Shown here: positions 16,119-24,505 of the stretch, in pieces
How positions within the stretch are numbered: the stretch's first letter is position 1
Layout: each line of letters opens with the position of its first letter
DNA from: Desulfobacteraceae bacterium
GTDB taxonomy: Bacteria; Desulfobacterota; Desulfobacteria; Desulfobacterales; Desulfosarcinaceae
Assembly (NCBI GenBank): GCA_050123815.1
Contig: JASFGJ010000001.1
Span: forward strand, 1-24,505
Reading direction: 5' to 3'
Length of the DNA stretch: 24,505 nucleotides
Position numbers and translations under genes: made by a program
The notes under the pieces: model-generated
The model's input: only the letters and a program-made list of their open reading frames with translations
What the model was told of the DNA's origin: nothing
Database searches by the model: none

Positions 16119-18953
16119 CTATAGATGATCTCTTTTTCCACGCAACATTGCGGGAACGTCATCGATCAGTTCCCTGACATTGGCCCACAGCACTCTGACT
16201 TTCAAGCCAAGGGGGATTTTGGGATATTGAAGACCGGTGCCGGGAGTAGAAGATATGCTCGAGCCAATCTCTTTCGAAAGGCCGGTGAGTTTTTCCAGAG
16301 ATGCCGCAGACGGCGCGATGTTCCCGGCCGGCGCATTCAGAGAGATCACGACCGGCGGGTGGGCATAGCCCAATAGATCCTCCTTGAGCCGTGGCGGCAT
16401 CTGCTTGCCCTTGAAAAATGAAATCAGCAGGTGAAATTCACGGTCGACGCCGTTGTATGTGGGCGCTGCGCTGGCCAGCTGCTCGCCGGTGTGCAGGGTC
16501 ATTTCATACCCCTGGCCGTTGCCGTGTGTGGGCGGTCGGTACTGCCGACCATGGTAGGTGCCGAAAGGGTTGGCCCGGATCTGAAAAGAATCCATGCCGG
16601 GATCGTAAGTCATTTTTAAGGGGGCGAAAGCGAAATTGGCTTGAATGGTCGTGTCCGTGGCGATGGCCATGCCATATTCTCCGGACACAATTCCCACATA
16701 AGATTGTGTGATGTGGTTATTCACATTATCCAAATTCAAATTCTCCGGAGAGTGCCGAAAATAGTCCAAGGTATAATGCGTTTCCACTCCCAGGTAATTG
16801 CGCTTGAGAATGCGGGGCGGCTGTTGCCGGGTCGCTTTGGGCGAAAATTGGATTTCCGCGGGCGCAACTTCCCGCCAGCGCATATCCAACCGGCGTGAAA
16901 GGCCGGGCTCGTCAGCCTTGATGATATCGTTGCTCTCGCTGACCGGGTAGCTGATCTTACCCCGCAGCAACAGATAGGGTCGATGGGCCAGCAGGCTGAC
17001 CGTATATACCGCCTGTCCGTTGCTCTTTTCGCCGGCCGTCAGGCCGGGAAAGCGGCCGCTCATTCGTACGCCGGCCGACCGTTTGTCGGCCGCAGCGACG
17101 TGTTCCAGCCTCATTTCAGGGATTCGAATCCTTTGCTGTCCATATTGCACATAGGGCATCAGGCTGTCAGGCTCTGCCTGGCGCACGCCGTTCAGATAGA
17201 TCCCTTCCACGCCCCCGTCCGCGTCGAAGCGCAGTTCGACAGTGCCATTGGACAGGACCCTTTCGCCGGCGCGCACCCCATTTTCCTGAACCGCAGCCGC
17301 AGCCCTGCCGTCGCGGTAGAGATGATAAACGCCGTCGGCAAGGGGAGCACCTCCGGGAAGATAAAGCTCCAGCCATTGCCTGCCGCCCTTTTCGGAGGCC
17401 GGGTAGCAGTCGATGGCCTGCAAGAGGTTCCCGTTGGGTGCTTTTAGCAAAAAGGGCCCTTTGGCCGGGGCACCCTCTGCCAGCCTTATTTTGAGAAAGC
17501 GGCCGGTGCCGCCAACGGCCTCGTCAGGCTGGAGCAGAACAAAGGTGTCCAGCCATTGCAAGCGGCCATCTTTTTCCCGGGTCGGCGGCCGGCGACGTAG
17601 ATAATCGCGCAGCCCGGCATCGATGCGTGTTTCGATCTCATCCGAATACCCGGTCAACCTGGCGATCAGTGCATTGGCGGCCTGTTCCCGCTGGGGGGCC
17701 ACAAAAGGCGTGGCCATTCCAAAGTGAGTGGTGGACAACGCGCGCAGGCGGAGTTGCTCCGCTGCTGCGGTGAGTGCCGGGATGTCGGCCAGTTCCGGCG
17801 GATGGCCCAGCAGCGCCACGGCCTTTCCGGCAGCCGCCTGCAGACGGCGGCTGCGTTCGATCTGGGTCCATTGAGGACCCACGCGGGATTTCTCGGCCCA
17901 GGAGTTGTAGCCGTTGAAGCTGCCATCGGCCGTGTCCTGGCTGAAATGAAACGTGCCCACCGGCGGGTGGTTCTGCAAATAGGCGTTCAGCGTAGTAAAG
18001 CGCACATAAGGCAGGTCGGCCACGCCTCGGACCAGCGCATCGATGCCATGGGTGTTGGGCATCCATTTCAGGGGCCAGGGCAGGTCCACGCCGCTCCAAA
18101 AGTCCGAATCGGCGTCATAATTGATAAATATCAGCGCATCGTGCTGCAATTCTCCTTTTTCCTGGAGGCTGCGCAGCTCTTCCACCCAGTTGCGCAGGCT
18201 GACGTGCTCCACCAGGTCTCCGATGTGATAACTTGGAATGACCACCATTTCTTCCCCGGTCTGCGGGTGTTTGTACAGGATCGGGTTATAGGCTTCAGCC
18301 TGTGTCAGCGGCCGGGAGAAGACTCTGAAAGCATCAAAGGGCGTGGGGCTGTAATAGAGTGCCACGGCTTGAATGCCCAGTTGCCGGTAAATGGAAAAAT
18401 TTCCCGGTGTGGTCATCATCTCCTGGGGCCGCACAATGGGGCTGAAGGATCCGAAGAGATCGCGGACACCGCTGTGCCAGGGATTGCTGATGGCCCAGCG
18501 CATGGCGTCGGTCAGCTCTTCGCCGTTCATGGCGGAAACCAGGCCGTTATTGTAAGACATGAGAATGGCCTCATCGCCGTTGCTACGGATGCGACGGCGG
18601 ATATTCGTGATGATATCCGGCGCGTATTGTGGAAGAATTTCTTGAAGCGAAAACAGGTTGTCAAAATCCCAGACCGCCTTGACCGGCACACCCCGCCGAT
18701 TCCAGCGGTCCATGGTTTCTATAATGTGACGAATCACGCGAATATCTTTGCCGAATCCGGACTCATCGTTGGTATCGTTGCGAAACGAGTGATAGAGGTT
18801 GCCGTGAAATCCAAAGGCAACGTATACGTGATGGGGTGACCGGGGGGCGCGGGCGGATACACCTGTGGCAAGCATCACCACCGTGAGCCAGATCACGCCG
18901 AACACGGCTCCCAGTGTCACAAATTGCACAATATGCTGCCGTTTTAGTTGCAT
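16119..18953 (-). CDS. Large exported or membrane-anchored GH57/GH38-clan (7-stranded barrel) glycoside-hydrolase-like protein
   Basis: N-terminal hydrophobic segment, FGFHGNLYHS (resembles the GH57 FHGNL motif), VRPQEMM (candidate nucleophile Glu), FINYDADSDFW (candidate acid/base Asp) and a beta-rich C-terminal half. ATG 18953 has AGAGGA upstream; the track uses 18986. Confidence 0.55.
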   Translation of the reverse strand: MQLKRQHIVQFVTLGAVFGVIWLTVVMLATGVSARAPRSPHHVYVAFGFHGNLYHSFRNDTNDESGFGKDIRVIRHIIETMDRWNRRGVPVKAVWDFDNLFSLQEILPQYAPDIITNIRRRIRSNGDEAILMSYNNGLVSAMNGEELTDAMRWAISNPWHSGVRDLFGSFSPIVRPQEMMTTPGNFSIYRQLGIQAVALYYSPTPFDAFRVFSRPLTQAEAYNPILYKHPQTGEEMVVIPSYHIGDLVEHVSLRNWVEELRSLQEKGELQHDALIFINYDADSDFWSGVDLPWPLKWMPNTHGIDALVRGVADLPYVRFTTLNAYLQNHPPVGTFHFSQDTADGSFNGYNSWAEKSRVGPQWTQIERSRRLQAAAGKAVALLGHPPELADIPALTAAAEQLRLRALSTTHFGMATPFVAPQREQAANALIARLTGYSDEIETRIDAGLRDYLRRRPPTREKDGRLQWLDTFVLLQPDEAVGGTGRFLKIRLAEGAPAKGPFLLKAPNGNLLQAIDCYPASEKGGRQWLELYLPGGAPLADGVYHLYRDGRAAAAVQENGVRAGERVLSNGTVELRFDADGGVEGIYLNGVRQAEPDSLMPYVQYGQQRIRIPEMRLEHVAAADKRSAGVRMSGRFPGLTAGEKSNGQAVYTVSLLAHRPYLLLRGKISYPVSESNDIIKADEPGLSRRLDMRWREVAPAEIQFSPKATRQQPPRILKRNYLGVETHYTLDYFRHSPENLNLDNVNNHITQSYVGIVSGEYGMAIATDTTIQANFAFAPLKMTYDPGMDSFQIRANPFGTYHGRQYRPPTHGNGQGYEMTLHTGEQLASAAPTYNGVDREFHLLISFFKGKQMPPRLKEDLLGYAHPPVVISLNAPAGNIAPSAASLEKLTGLSKEIGSSISSTPGTGLQYPKIPLGLKVRVLWANVRELIDDVPAMLRGKRDHL

Positions 18954-19014
18954 CCAGGGGCATCCTCTGCCTTTCGGCTGCCGCATTCAGGTTCACAAAG
19001 TCTTAAAACCACCT

Positions 19015-19053
19015 CTAACCATATCCACATTATAATCTCACACAAAACTAACA
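19015..19053 (+). promoter_or_regulatory. Pho-box-like four-unit 11-bp array
   Basis: CTAACC(19015)/CACATT(19026)/CTCACA(19037)/CTAACA(19048). Confidence 0.5.
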
Positions 19054-19208
19054 CTGTCCGTCCTCTGTGGCAATGTCCCTAAAAATGTTTATCCATTAAA
19101 AACCTACAGCAGAGGAAGATTTTGAAACCACTTCTAATGAAATGCTAATCGTTATCTTTCATAATGGTTGACCGGAAAGACAATTATACAAATACCCCGC
19201 AACGGATT

Positions 19209-19487
19209 ATGTTTATGGATGTCCAGTGCCCGCGATGCCATTCCGAGGCCATCAACAAGTATGGTCGTATATCGGGAGGAAAGCAGCGTTACATCTGCCT
19301 TGTGTGCGACAGACAATTCGTCAACAATCCGAAAAAGAAGCAATTCAAGAACAGACCGAGCTGCCCCGGATGCAGCAAGCCCATGCACAGCTACATGCAA
19401 GGGCCGGATTACGTCCGCTTTCGGTGCAGCAATTATCCGCGCTGCAGAACCTATGTTAAATCCCGTAATGATAATGCGTCGAAGTGA
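19209..19487 (+). CDS. Tandem zinc-ribbon protein: IS1 InsA-like N-terminal finger plus topoisomerase-I C4-type finger
   Basis: CPRCHSEAINKYGRISGGKQRYICLVCDRQF (InsA-like), then CPGCSKPM...FRCSNYPRC (topo C4-like). No DDE/InsB domain follows. Start could be 19164, 19209 or 19215. Confidence 0.75.
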   Translation: MFMDVQCPRCHSEAINKYGRISGGKQRYICLVCDRQFVNNPKKKQFKNRPSCPGCSKPMHSYMQGPDYVRFRCSNYPRCRTYVKSRNDNASK

Positions 19488-19605
19488 ATTGGCAGGAACA
19501 AATCACAGTGTTGCGCTAGAAAAATGGCGCAAGGATCACGAAACCTTGTGCGCCATGGAAGAACCGCTGTGCGAGGTAAAAACGACCGCTCTTTAATAGG
19601 GTGGT

Positions 19606-19636
19606 TTTACCTGGCGGCCATAGGCCGCCAGGTAAA
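19606..19636. terminator. GC-rich perfect hairpin between the convergent zinc-ribbon gene and phoX
   Basis: TTTACCTGGCGGCC-ATA-GGCCGCCAGGTAAA (14-bp stem), 20 nt past the phoX stop. Confidence 0.6.
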
Positions 19637-19656
19637 GCAAATACGGTAGCGGGTGG

Positions 19657-21549
19657 CTAATCCATCGCCGGGAAAGGCCCGATGAAGCCGACATAGCCTC
19701 TGGCGTCGGACTCATCGACAAGCTGGTCCTCGTCGGACTCGCCATAGGGATGTTGGACGACGCTCATCAGGTAAGCGAATCCTCCGACATTGGGGTAAAA
19801 ATAGGGCGAAGTAGTCTCCGAACCATACGGAGTGGTCTGAATCCGTGTGAGCTCACCACTGACCAGGTTGTAGGCCCAGATGGCATCATTCTGGTGCCCC
19901 GACCCGGTATCCTCTCCGATAATCAAGGTATTGTGGCCTGGAATCATCGTAAGGTTGTCCGGATTGGCAATACCGTCGACATCACAGGTATTGCCCTCGT
20001 AGTCGCTGCCGGCCGGATAATCCATCATGGCCCCGCTGACCACACCGTACATATTCCGGGCCACGTAGCCACTGCCGATGGTCTCATCCGCCGCCACGTC
20101 CAAACCGTAAACGGTACCGCATTTGTTGTAAGGCAGCTGGACATCGTTCGGACCGCCAAGATCGTAACTGTCATTGTCCGACCCCTCCTTCATGAAATCT
20201 TCCATGCCCTTGGTAACCTCGCTCATGGCGACATAGAGCTTCATGTTGTCAGGATCAAAGGTGATGCCCTCTTCCTTGCGAAATTCCGTGGTGGCGCCTA
20301 AAAGAGCGGCATAGCGGCGGGTCTCCAACCGGGAGGCCGGAAGCTCCATCCCCGATTTTACCGCCAGGCACTCCAGACCATCGGTGGTATTGGTGCTGGT
20401 GAAACCTTCTGCGCAGGTGCCGTCCTCATTAGGCTCGGAAGTGTCGAAGATATCGCTGAATACCGTATCGCTTACGGCGGTCTGGACCTGGCTTTGGGTG
20501 GCATGACCCAGGTCGATCCACGTCAGGTTGGCATTCCCGCCGTTATCGGCGCTGACCTGGTGCCATTTCGCGGCATAGAGTTGCCCCGCACTCAGATCAC
20601 CGGCCGTATCGGCGATGAACATAAACAGCCCGACGTTGGTGCCGTCATCGGACATGTAAACGGTCTTTTGATCCGGCATGACGTAGGCCAGCTCAAGGGC
20701 CATGCGTCCCATGGCATACCGCTTGTTCACCGTGGGGGTGCCGTCTTCGGCCACGGCCACTTCAACCGGGTAGCCGTAGCGATAGGGTTTGAAATTGTTT
20801 TTGATGTCGTCGATGGTGACGGACGCATCAAAGGGATCGACGATGCTGAAGTAGCGCAGCATCGGTTTGAAGTAGTTGTCGATGTCGTCCGGCGTGGTTG
20901 CTTCTTCGATGGCGCGCGCGTTGGGCGGATACTCTTCGCTGCCCAAATGGTTGCCCCACGGGGTCACGCTGCCGGCACAGGGCACCCACAGGCCGCCAAA
21001 GGCAGAGAAATCTATGTTGGCAGTGCTTACCGGAGTGAGTGCGCCGGTCGTCCCGTCCTGGCTCAACTCGGTCAGATACATCGCTCCCGGGCGGGATTCG
21101 AAATGGGAGATGTTGAACAACTTGCTGCCAACGGTAAGAAGGGAAGAAAAATCATTGTCATTGGAGACAAAATCCGATGCGTCGCTGTTGAGCACCGGAT
21201 TTCCGGTTTGGTCCAAGATACGGCCGAAGATGGTGCCGCCAATGTTGTCACCGCTTCTGGCGATGATGTTATAGCCGATATCATAGGAATCGCCAGGTGT
21301 AAGCGCCGCAGTCGAAGTCGTCTCAGTGACCGTGACTGAAGAAGACGCCAGGATTTCGCGTTTCTGTTCGTCGGTAACGGGAACGGGAACACTTTCGAAG
21401 GAGAGGGTTGTCGATGCCTGGGGCGAGTCGTCACCATCACTACCGCCGCCGCATCCGGCCAGCGTGATCATCGATCCGATCACCACCATGAGTAACAATA
21501 TGAGCAGGTTATTATTTCTGATTAAATTCTTTCCAATCACTATAAACAT
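19657..21549 (-). CDS. phoX: PhoX-type (DUF839) alkaline phosphatase, lipoprotein
   Basis: Lipobox LAG-C33, WVPCAGSVTPWGNHLGSEEY, GRMALELAYV, YMSDDG, FRKEEGIT, IANPDNL, IIGED and SVVQHP. RBS GGAGG. Confidence 0.9.
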   Translation of the reverse strand: MFIVIGKNLIRNNNLLILLLMVVIGSMITLAGCGGGSDGDDSPQASTTLSFESVPVPVTDEQKREILASSSVTVTETTSTAALTPGDSYDIGYNIIARSGDNIGGTIFGRILDQTGNPVLNSDASDFVSNDNDFSSLLTVGSKLFNISHFESRPGAMYLTELSQDGTTGALTPVSTANIDFSAFGGLWVPCAGSVTPWGNHLGSEEYPPNARAIEEATTPDDIDNYFKPMLRYFSIVDPFDASVTIDDIKNNFKPYRYGYPVEVAVAEDGTPTVNKRYAMGRMALELAYVMPDQKTVYMSDDGTNVGLFMFIADTAGDLSAGQLYAAKWHQVSADNGGNANLTWIDLGHATQSQVQTAVSDTVFSDIFDTSEPNEDGTCAEGFTSTNTTDGLECLAVKSGMELPASRLETRRYAALLGATTEFRKEEGITFDPDNMKLYVAMSEVTKGMEDFMKEGSDNDSYDLGGPNDVQLPYNKCGTVYGLDVAADETIGSGYVARNMYGVVSGAMMDYPAGSDYEGNTCDVDGIANPDNLTMIPGHNTLIIGEDTGSGHQNDAIWAYNLVSGELTRIQTTPYGSETTSPYFYPNVGGFAYLMSVVQHPYGESDEDQLVDESDARGYVGFIGPFPAMD

Positions 21550-21632
21550 AGGACCTCCTTACTGAAGAATAGGGAATATAACTGTATCTAAAGTGCGCAG
21601 ATAGAGATACTGCAGGGCTGGTTATTACCCAG

Positions 21633-21665
21633 TCGGACGCTAGTGAGTAGTGAGAGTTTTATTAG
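21633..21665 (-). promoter_or_regulatory. Pho-box-like array facing phoX
   Basis: Minus strand CTAATA(21665)/CTCACT(21654)/CTAGCG(21643), 11 bp apart. Confidence 0.5.
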
Positions 21666-21758
21666 AATTTAATAAACCCAAGCAAAATGAAGGAGGATAA
21701 ATCAAGACATTATTGAAGCATGCGCCACCATTATACATGACTGGATTGCGGCTCTTGT

Positions 21759-21797
21759 CTAATACAGATCTCTCCTCTGGCTAATCCAGTGCTAACA
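21759..21797 (+). promoter_or_regulatory. Pho-box-like four-unit array facing the CxxCH lipoprotein gene
   Basis: CTAATA(21759)/CTCTCC(21770)/CTAATC(21781)/CTAACA(21792). Confidence 0.55.
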
Positions 21798-22061
21798 CAC
21801 CTTTGCTTCTTTCTATGGAGCTACAGACATTAAACCCTATAGTTGCAAAAAAACATGCCAAAGAAGGCTTAGATGTCTGATTATTTAACCAATAATAGTA
21901 TGAAAGAGACCTATCGTGGATATCACCCCTGGTGGCATCCATTGGAGCGCGTTATCGGTCGTCGCAGCATGACAATACAGCTTCCTCTCTCTAACCTTTC
22001 CAATGACATTATCTTAAAGTTTGTATGACGTGACCCAATTCGCGATTGAAGGAGCAACAGC

Positions 22062-24505
22062 ATGGATTCGATGCCAGTATCCAAATCTTTCGGTATTTCA
22101 TTGTTCTTGGTTGGTACGGCGATAGCACTGATCGCCATTCTCATTATTGGTTGTGGCGGTGGCAGTAATGAGAGTGGATCGGACACCGGCGATACGCTGC
22201 CGATGGAAAACAAGGCCGCCTATATCCCGCCCGAGTGCTATGGTAGGACATCCGATGGGACAGGCAGGACCTATAACAGCTGCTATGTCTGCCACTCCGA
22301 GGGAAAAATGCCCAACTTGACCAGTGATAATGATCTGCAGCTTGAATATGCATTTCCAGCCTACGCGCAACAAAACCACTGGCGCAATCTGTTCAAGGAT
22401 CGATCCGAAGATATCGCAGCCATCGATGATGCAGTGATCACCGATTACATCCGGCAAACCAACTACTTCGATCAAGAAGGCAACATCGTTCCTGCACAAT
22501 ACCTTGAAGCCGTCCCGGCCGCCTGGGATTACAACGCGGACGGCGATTGGGACGGGTATGTGCCGGACTGCTATTTCAATTTTGACGATGGAGGATTCGA
22601 TCGCGATTCTCAGGGCGAATTTACCGGTTGGCGGGCGTTTGCCTACTATCCCTTCCCGTCCACCCACTGGCCCACCAACGGTTCGATGTCCGATGTCATC
22701 ATTCGACTGCCGGAGGCCTTTCGCCAAACCAACGGCGCCCCCGACCTGATCGCCTACAAAATCAATTTGGCCGTACTCGAAGCTCTGTTCAAACAGACTG
22801 ATGTGCCCATCGACTCGGTAGATGAAACCCTTTACGGCGTCGATCTGAACAAAGACGGGATCTTAACCGTTGCCGACCGAGTTGTTTATGATTGGGCGCC
22901 GCTGGAAGGACGAATGATGTCCTACGTGGGCGACGCCAAGCAGCAATTGGATCAGGGGGCGGTCCATCTGGCCGCCAATCTCTACCCTGAAGGCACTGAA
23001 TTTATAAACACCCTGCGCTACATTGACATCGATGATTCGGACAACGTTGTCATGGCCGCCCGAATGAAAGAACTCCGGTACGCACGTAAAACAAAGTGGT
23101 TGACCTACTCGGAATTGGAAACGATCGCATTGAACGAGCTCAAAGATCGGGACGATTTTCCCGATCGGTTGCGACTGCCCATCGGAAATAGCGAAACCGG
23201 TGTCAGCAATGGAAAAGGTTGGGCGTTTGGGGGGCTTATCGAAGATGCCCAAGGCAACCTTCGTCCGCAGACGTTCGAAGAACTAACCGCCTGCATCGGC
23301 TGCCACGGCGGGGTGGGCATCACGGCCGACAGCACCTTTGCTTTCAGCCGCAAACTGAATACCGCCGCCCATCAGAAGGGCTGGTTTCATTGGTCTCAAA
23401 AAAGCCTCAAAGGGATCAATGAACCAAAAGTCGAGATCAAAAAGGCCGGTCTTCAATACGAATATTGCTTTTATCTGATGTACAATCGCGGCGCCGACGC
23501 GCTTCGCAGCAACGAAGAGGCGGCCGCCACCTTCCTCGATGAACAGGGGCTGCTGAAAAGCGATATGGCGGCCAGACTGCATGACGACATTTCGCTGCTG
23601 TTGCATCCCTCGGCCGACCGGAGCCAGGCACTCAACAAGGCCTATTACCTGATCGTCAAGGAACAAAGCTATACGATGGGGCGCGAGCCGCTGCTCAAAC
23701 GTGCCGAGCATGCCTATGAGCAAATCGAGGCCGCGGATATCGATACAAAAATTAAGGAGCCGGTGGTTTTGACGGTCCAAGCGGTCGATCCCTATTGTGA
23801 CGCTTGCCTGGAACGCGACAGCGATCCGGTCAGCGATACACTTCAAACCGCTATCGACGGCGTTGGCATGACCGGCCCCGACGGCACACGCTATGACGTG
23901 GATTGGAGTGGACTCATCGATATCAGCAACTACGCCCTGGATGTGGAAGGGGCCTACTTTCCATTTCCCAAACGCCACACCCTGCCCACACGGATGATCG
24001 TACCCAACATGAACATAACGGTCTGTTACGATTGCCACCGCCTGCCGGCACCGCAGCCGCCGTCGGACCCGAAACTCACACGGCCCGTATCGATTCCTTC
24101 GACTACGGAAAACGAGCCCTCCCTGTCAATGACACGCCTGACAGAGGACACCGGTTCCGATACCGGTGGCGAGTGGAGCCCGGACGGCACCAAGATCGCC
24201 TGGGTGTCGAACCGAAGCGGCGGCTATCAGATATGGACCATGAATGCCGATGGTTCAGACAAAACCCAAGTAACGCAGGAACCGGCCACGCACGGATGGC
24301 CCCGCTGGAGCCCGGACAGTACCCGACTGGTTTTTTGGGGGTATGATGCCGCCTCAGGCAACCACAGCATCGTGACCTCCCTGGCCGACGGCAGTGACGC
24401 AAAGACGATTGTTACCTCAGACGACTACCTCGACAGGCCCGATTGGCATCCAAACGGGCACGATATTGCCTACGCCGCCGTCACGGACGGCAACTGGGAT
24501 ATTTG
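22062..24505 (+). CDS. Large lipoprotein with three CxxCH c-type heme motifs and C-terminal TolB/PD40-like beta-propeller repeats; 3'-truncated by the window edge
   Basis: Hand-translated as open for 814 codons from ATG 22062 (RBS AAGGAG) to the edge; absent from the track because it has no stop. Lipobox IIG-C31, CYVCH (22281), CIGCH (23292), CYDCH (24024), WSPDGTKIAWVS, WSPDSTRLVF and WHPNGHDIAY. Confidence 0.9.
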   Translation, partial: MDSMPVSKSFGISLFLVGTAIALIAILIIGCGGGSNESGSDTGDTLPMENKAAYIPPECYGRTSDGTGRTYNSCYVCHSEGKMPNLTSDNDLQLEYAFPAYAQQNHWRNLFKDRSEDIAAIDDAVITDYIRQTNYFDQEGNIVPAQYLEAVPAAWDYNADGDWDGYVPDCYFNFDDGGFDRDSQGEFTGWRAFAYYPFPSTHWPTNGSMSDVIIRLPEAFRQTNGAPDLIAYKINLAVLEALFKQTDVPIDSVDETLYGVDLNKDGILTVADRVVYDWAPLEGRMMSYVGDAKQQLDQGAVHLAANLYPEGTEFINTLRYIDIDDSDNVVMAARMKELRYARKTKWLTYSELETIALNELKDRDDFPDRLRLPIGNSETGVSNGKGWAFGGLIEDAQGNLRPQTFEELTACIGCHGGVGITADSTFAFSRKLNTAAHQKGWFHWSQKSLKGINEPKVEIKKAGLQYEYCFYLMYNRGADALRSNEEAAATFLDEQGLLKSDMAARLHDDISLLLHPSADRSQALNKAYYLIVKEQSYTMGREPLLKRAEHAYEQIEAADIDTKIKEPVVLTVQAVDPYCDACLERDSDPVSDTLQTAIDGVGMTGPDGTRYDVDWSGLIDISNYALDVEGAYFPFPKRHTLPTRMIVPNMNITVCYDCHRLPAPQPPSDPKLTRPVSIPSTTENEPSLSMTRLTEDTGSDTGGEWSPDGTKIAWVSNRSGGYQIWTMNADGSDKTQVTQEPATHGWPRWSPDSTRLVFWGYDAASGNHSIVTSLADGSDAKTIVTSDDYLDRPDWHPNGHDIAYAAVTDGNWDI

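Noticed and set aside
19164-19596. Active IS1 element with an insA-insB frameshift
   Set aside because: The alternative frame (19168-19596) has no DDE-like content, there is no A6C slip site, and no terminal inverted repeats were seen.
21844-21860. sigma54-like TGGCAT...TTGCA on the minus strand upstream of phoX
   Set aside because: GG-to-GC spacing is 13 bp rather than the strictly required 12.
23796-23810. CDACL as a fourth heme-binding motif
   Set aside because: It lacks the axial His, so it was counted only as a CxxC pair.
129-24402. The many 60-370 aa overlapping or antisense ORFs in the track (for example 2030-2743, 6516-7421, 17724-18839, 20494-21339, 22098-22727, 23283-24038)
   Set aside because: They shadow well-supported genes, have no recognisable motifs, and are expected in GC-rich coding DNA.

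Overview
A roughly 24.5-kb phosphorus-acquisition locus. The host is probably a GC-rich deltaproteobacterium of the Desulfobacterales type; this is inferred from gene content and style, not shown. From left to right: (1) a C-P lyase cluster, with a hexapeptide-repeat acetyltransferase and phnF on the minus strand, diverging from phnG-H-I-J-K, an in-frame PhnL-PhnM fusion and an inositol-monophosphatase-family gene; no phnCDE, phnN, phnO or phnP lies inside the window; (2) a cNMP-binding/PilZ gene behind a consensus sigma54 promoter; (3) a polyphosphate divergon (ppx and sixA versus ppk1) whose intergenic region holds an exact 43-bp direct repeat around a small membrane ORF and a decayed transposase fragment; (4) a C39-like peptidase lipoprotein, a large GH57-like protein and a tandem zinc-ribbon protein; (5) a lipoprotein PhoX phosphatase, diverging from a lipoprotein of more than 814 aa with three CxxCH motifs and TolB-like repeats, which runs off the right edge and is missing from the ORF track. 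An 11-bp-periodic (C/T)T(A/C)ACA-N5 motif resembling a PhoP/PhoB box recurs upstream of phnG, ppk1 and phoX, and also upstream of three uncharacterised genes. All family assignments come from motifs recognised by eye; no database searches were run.
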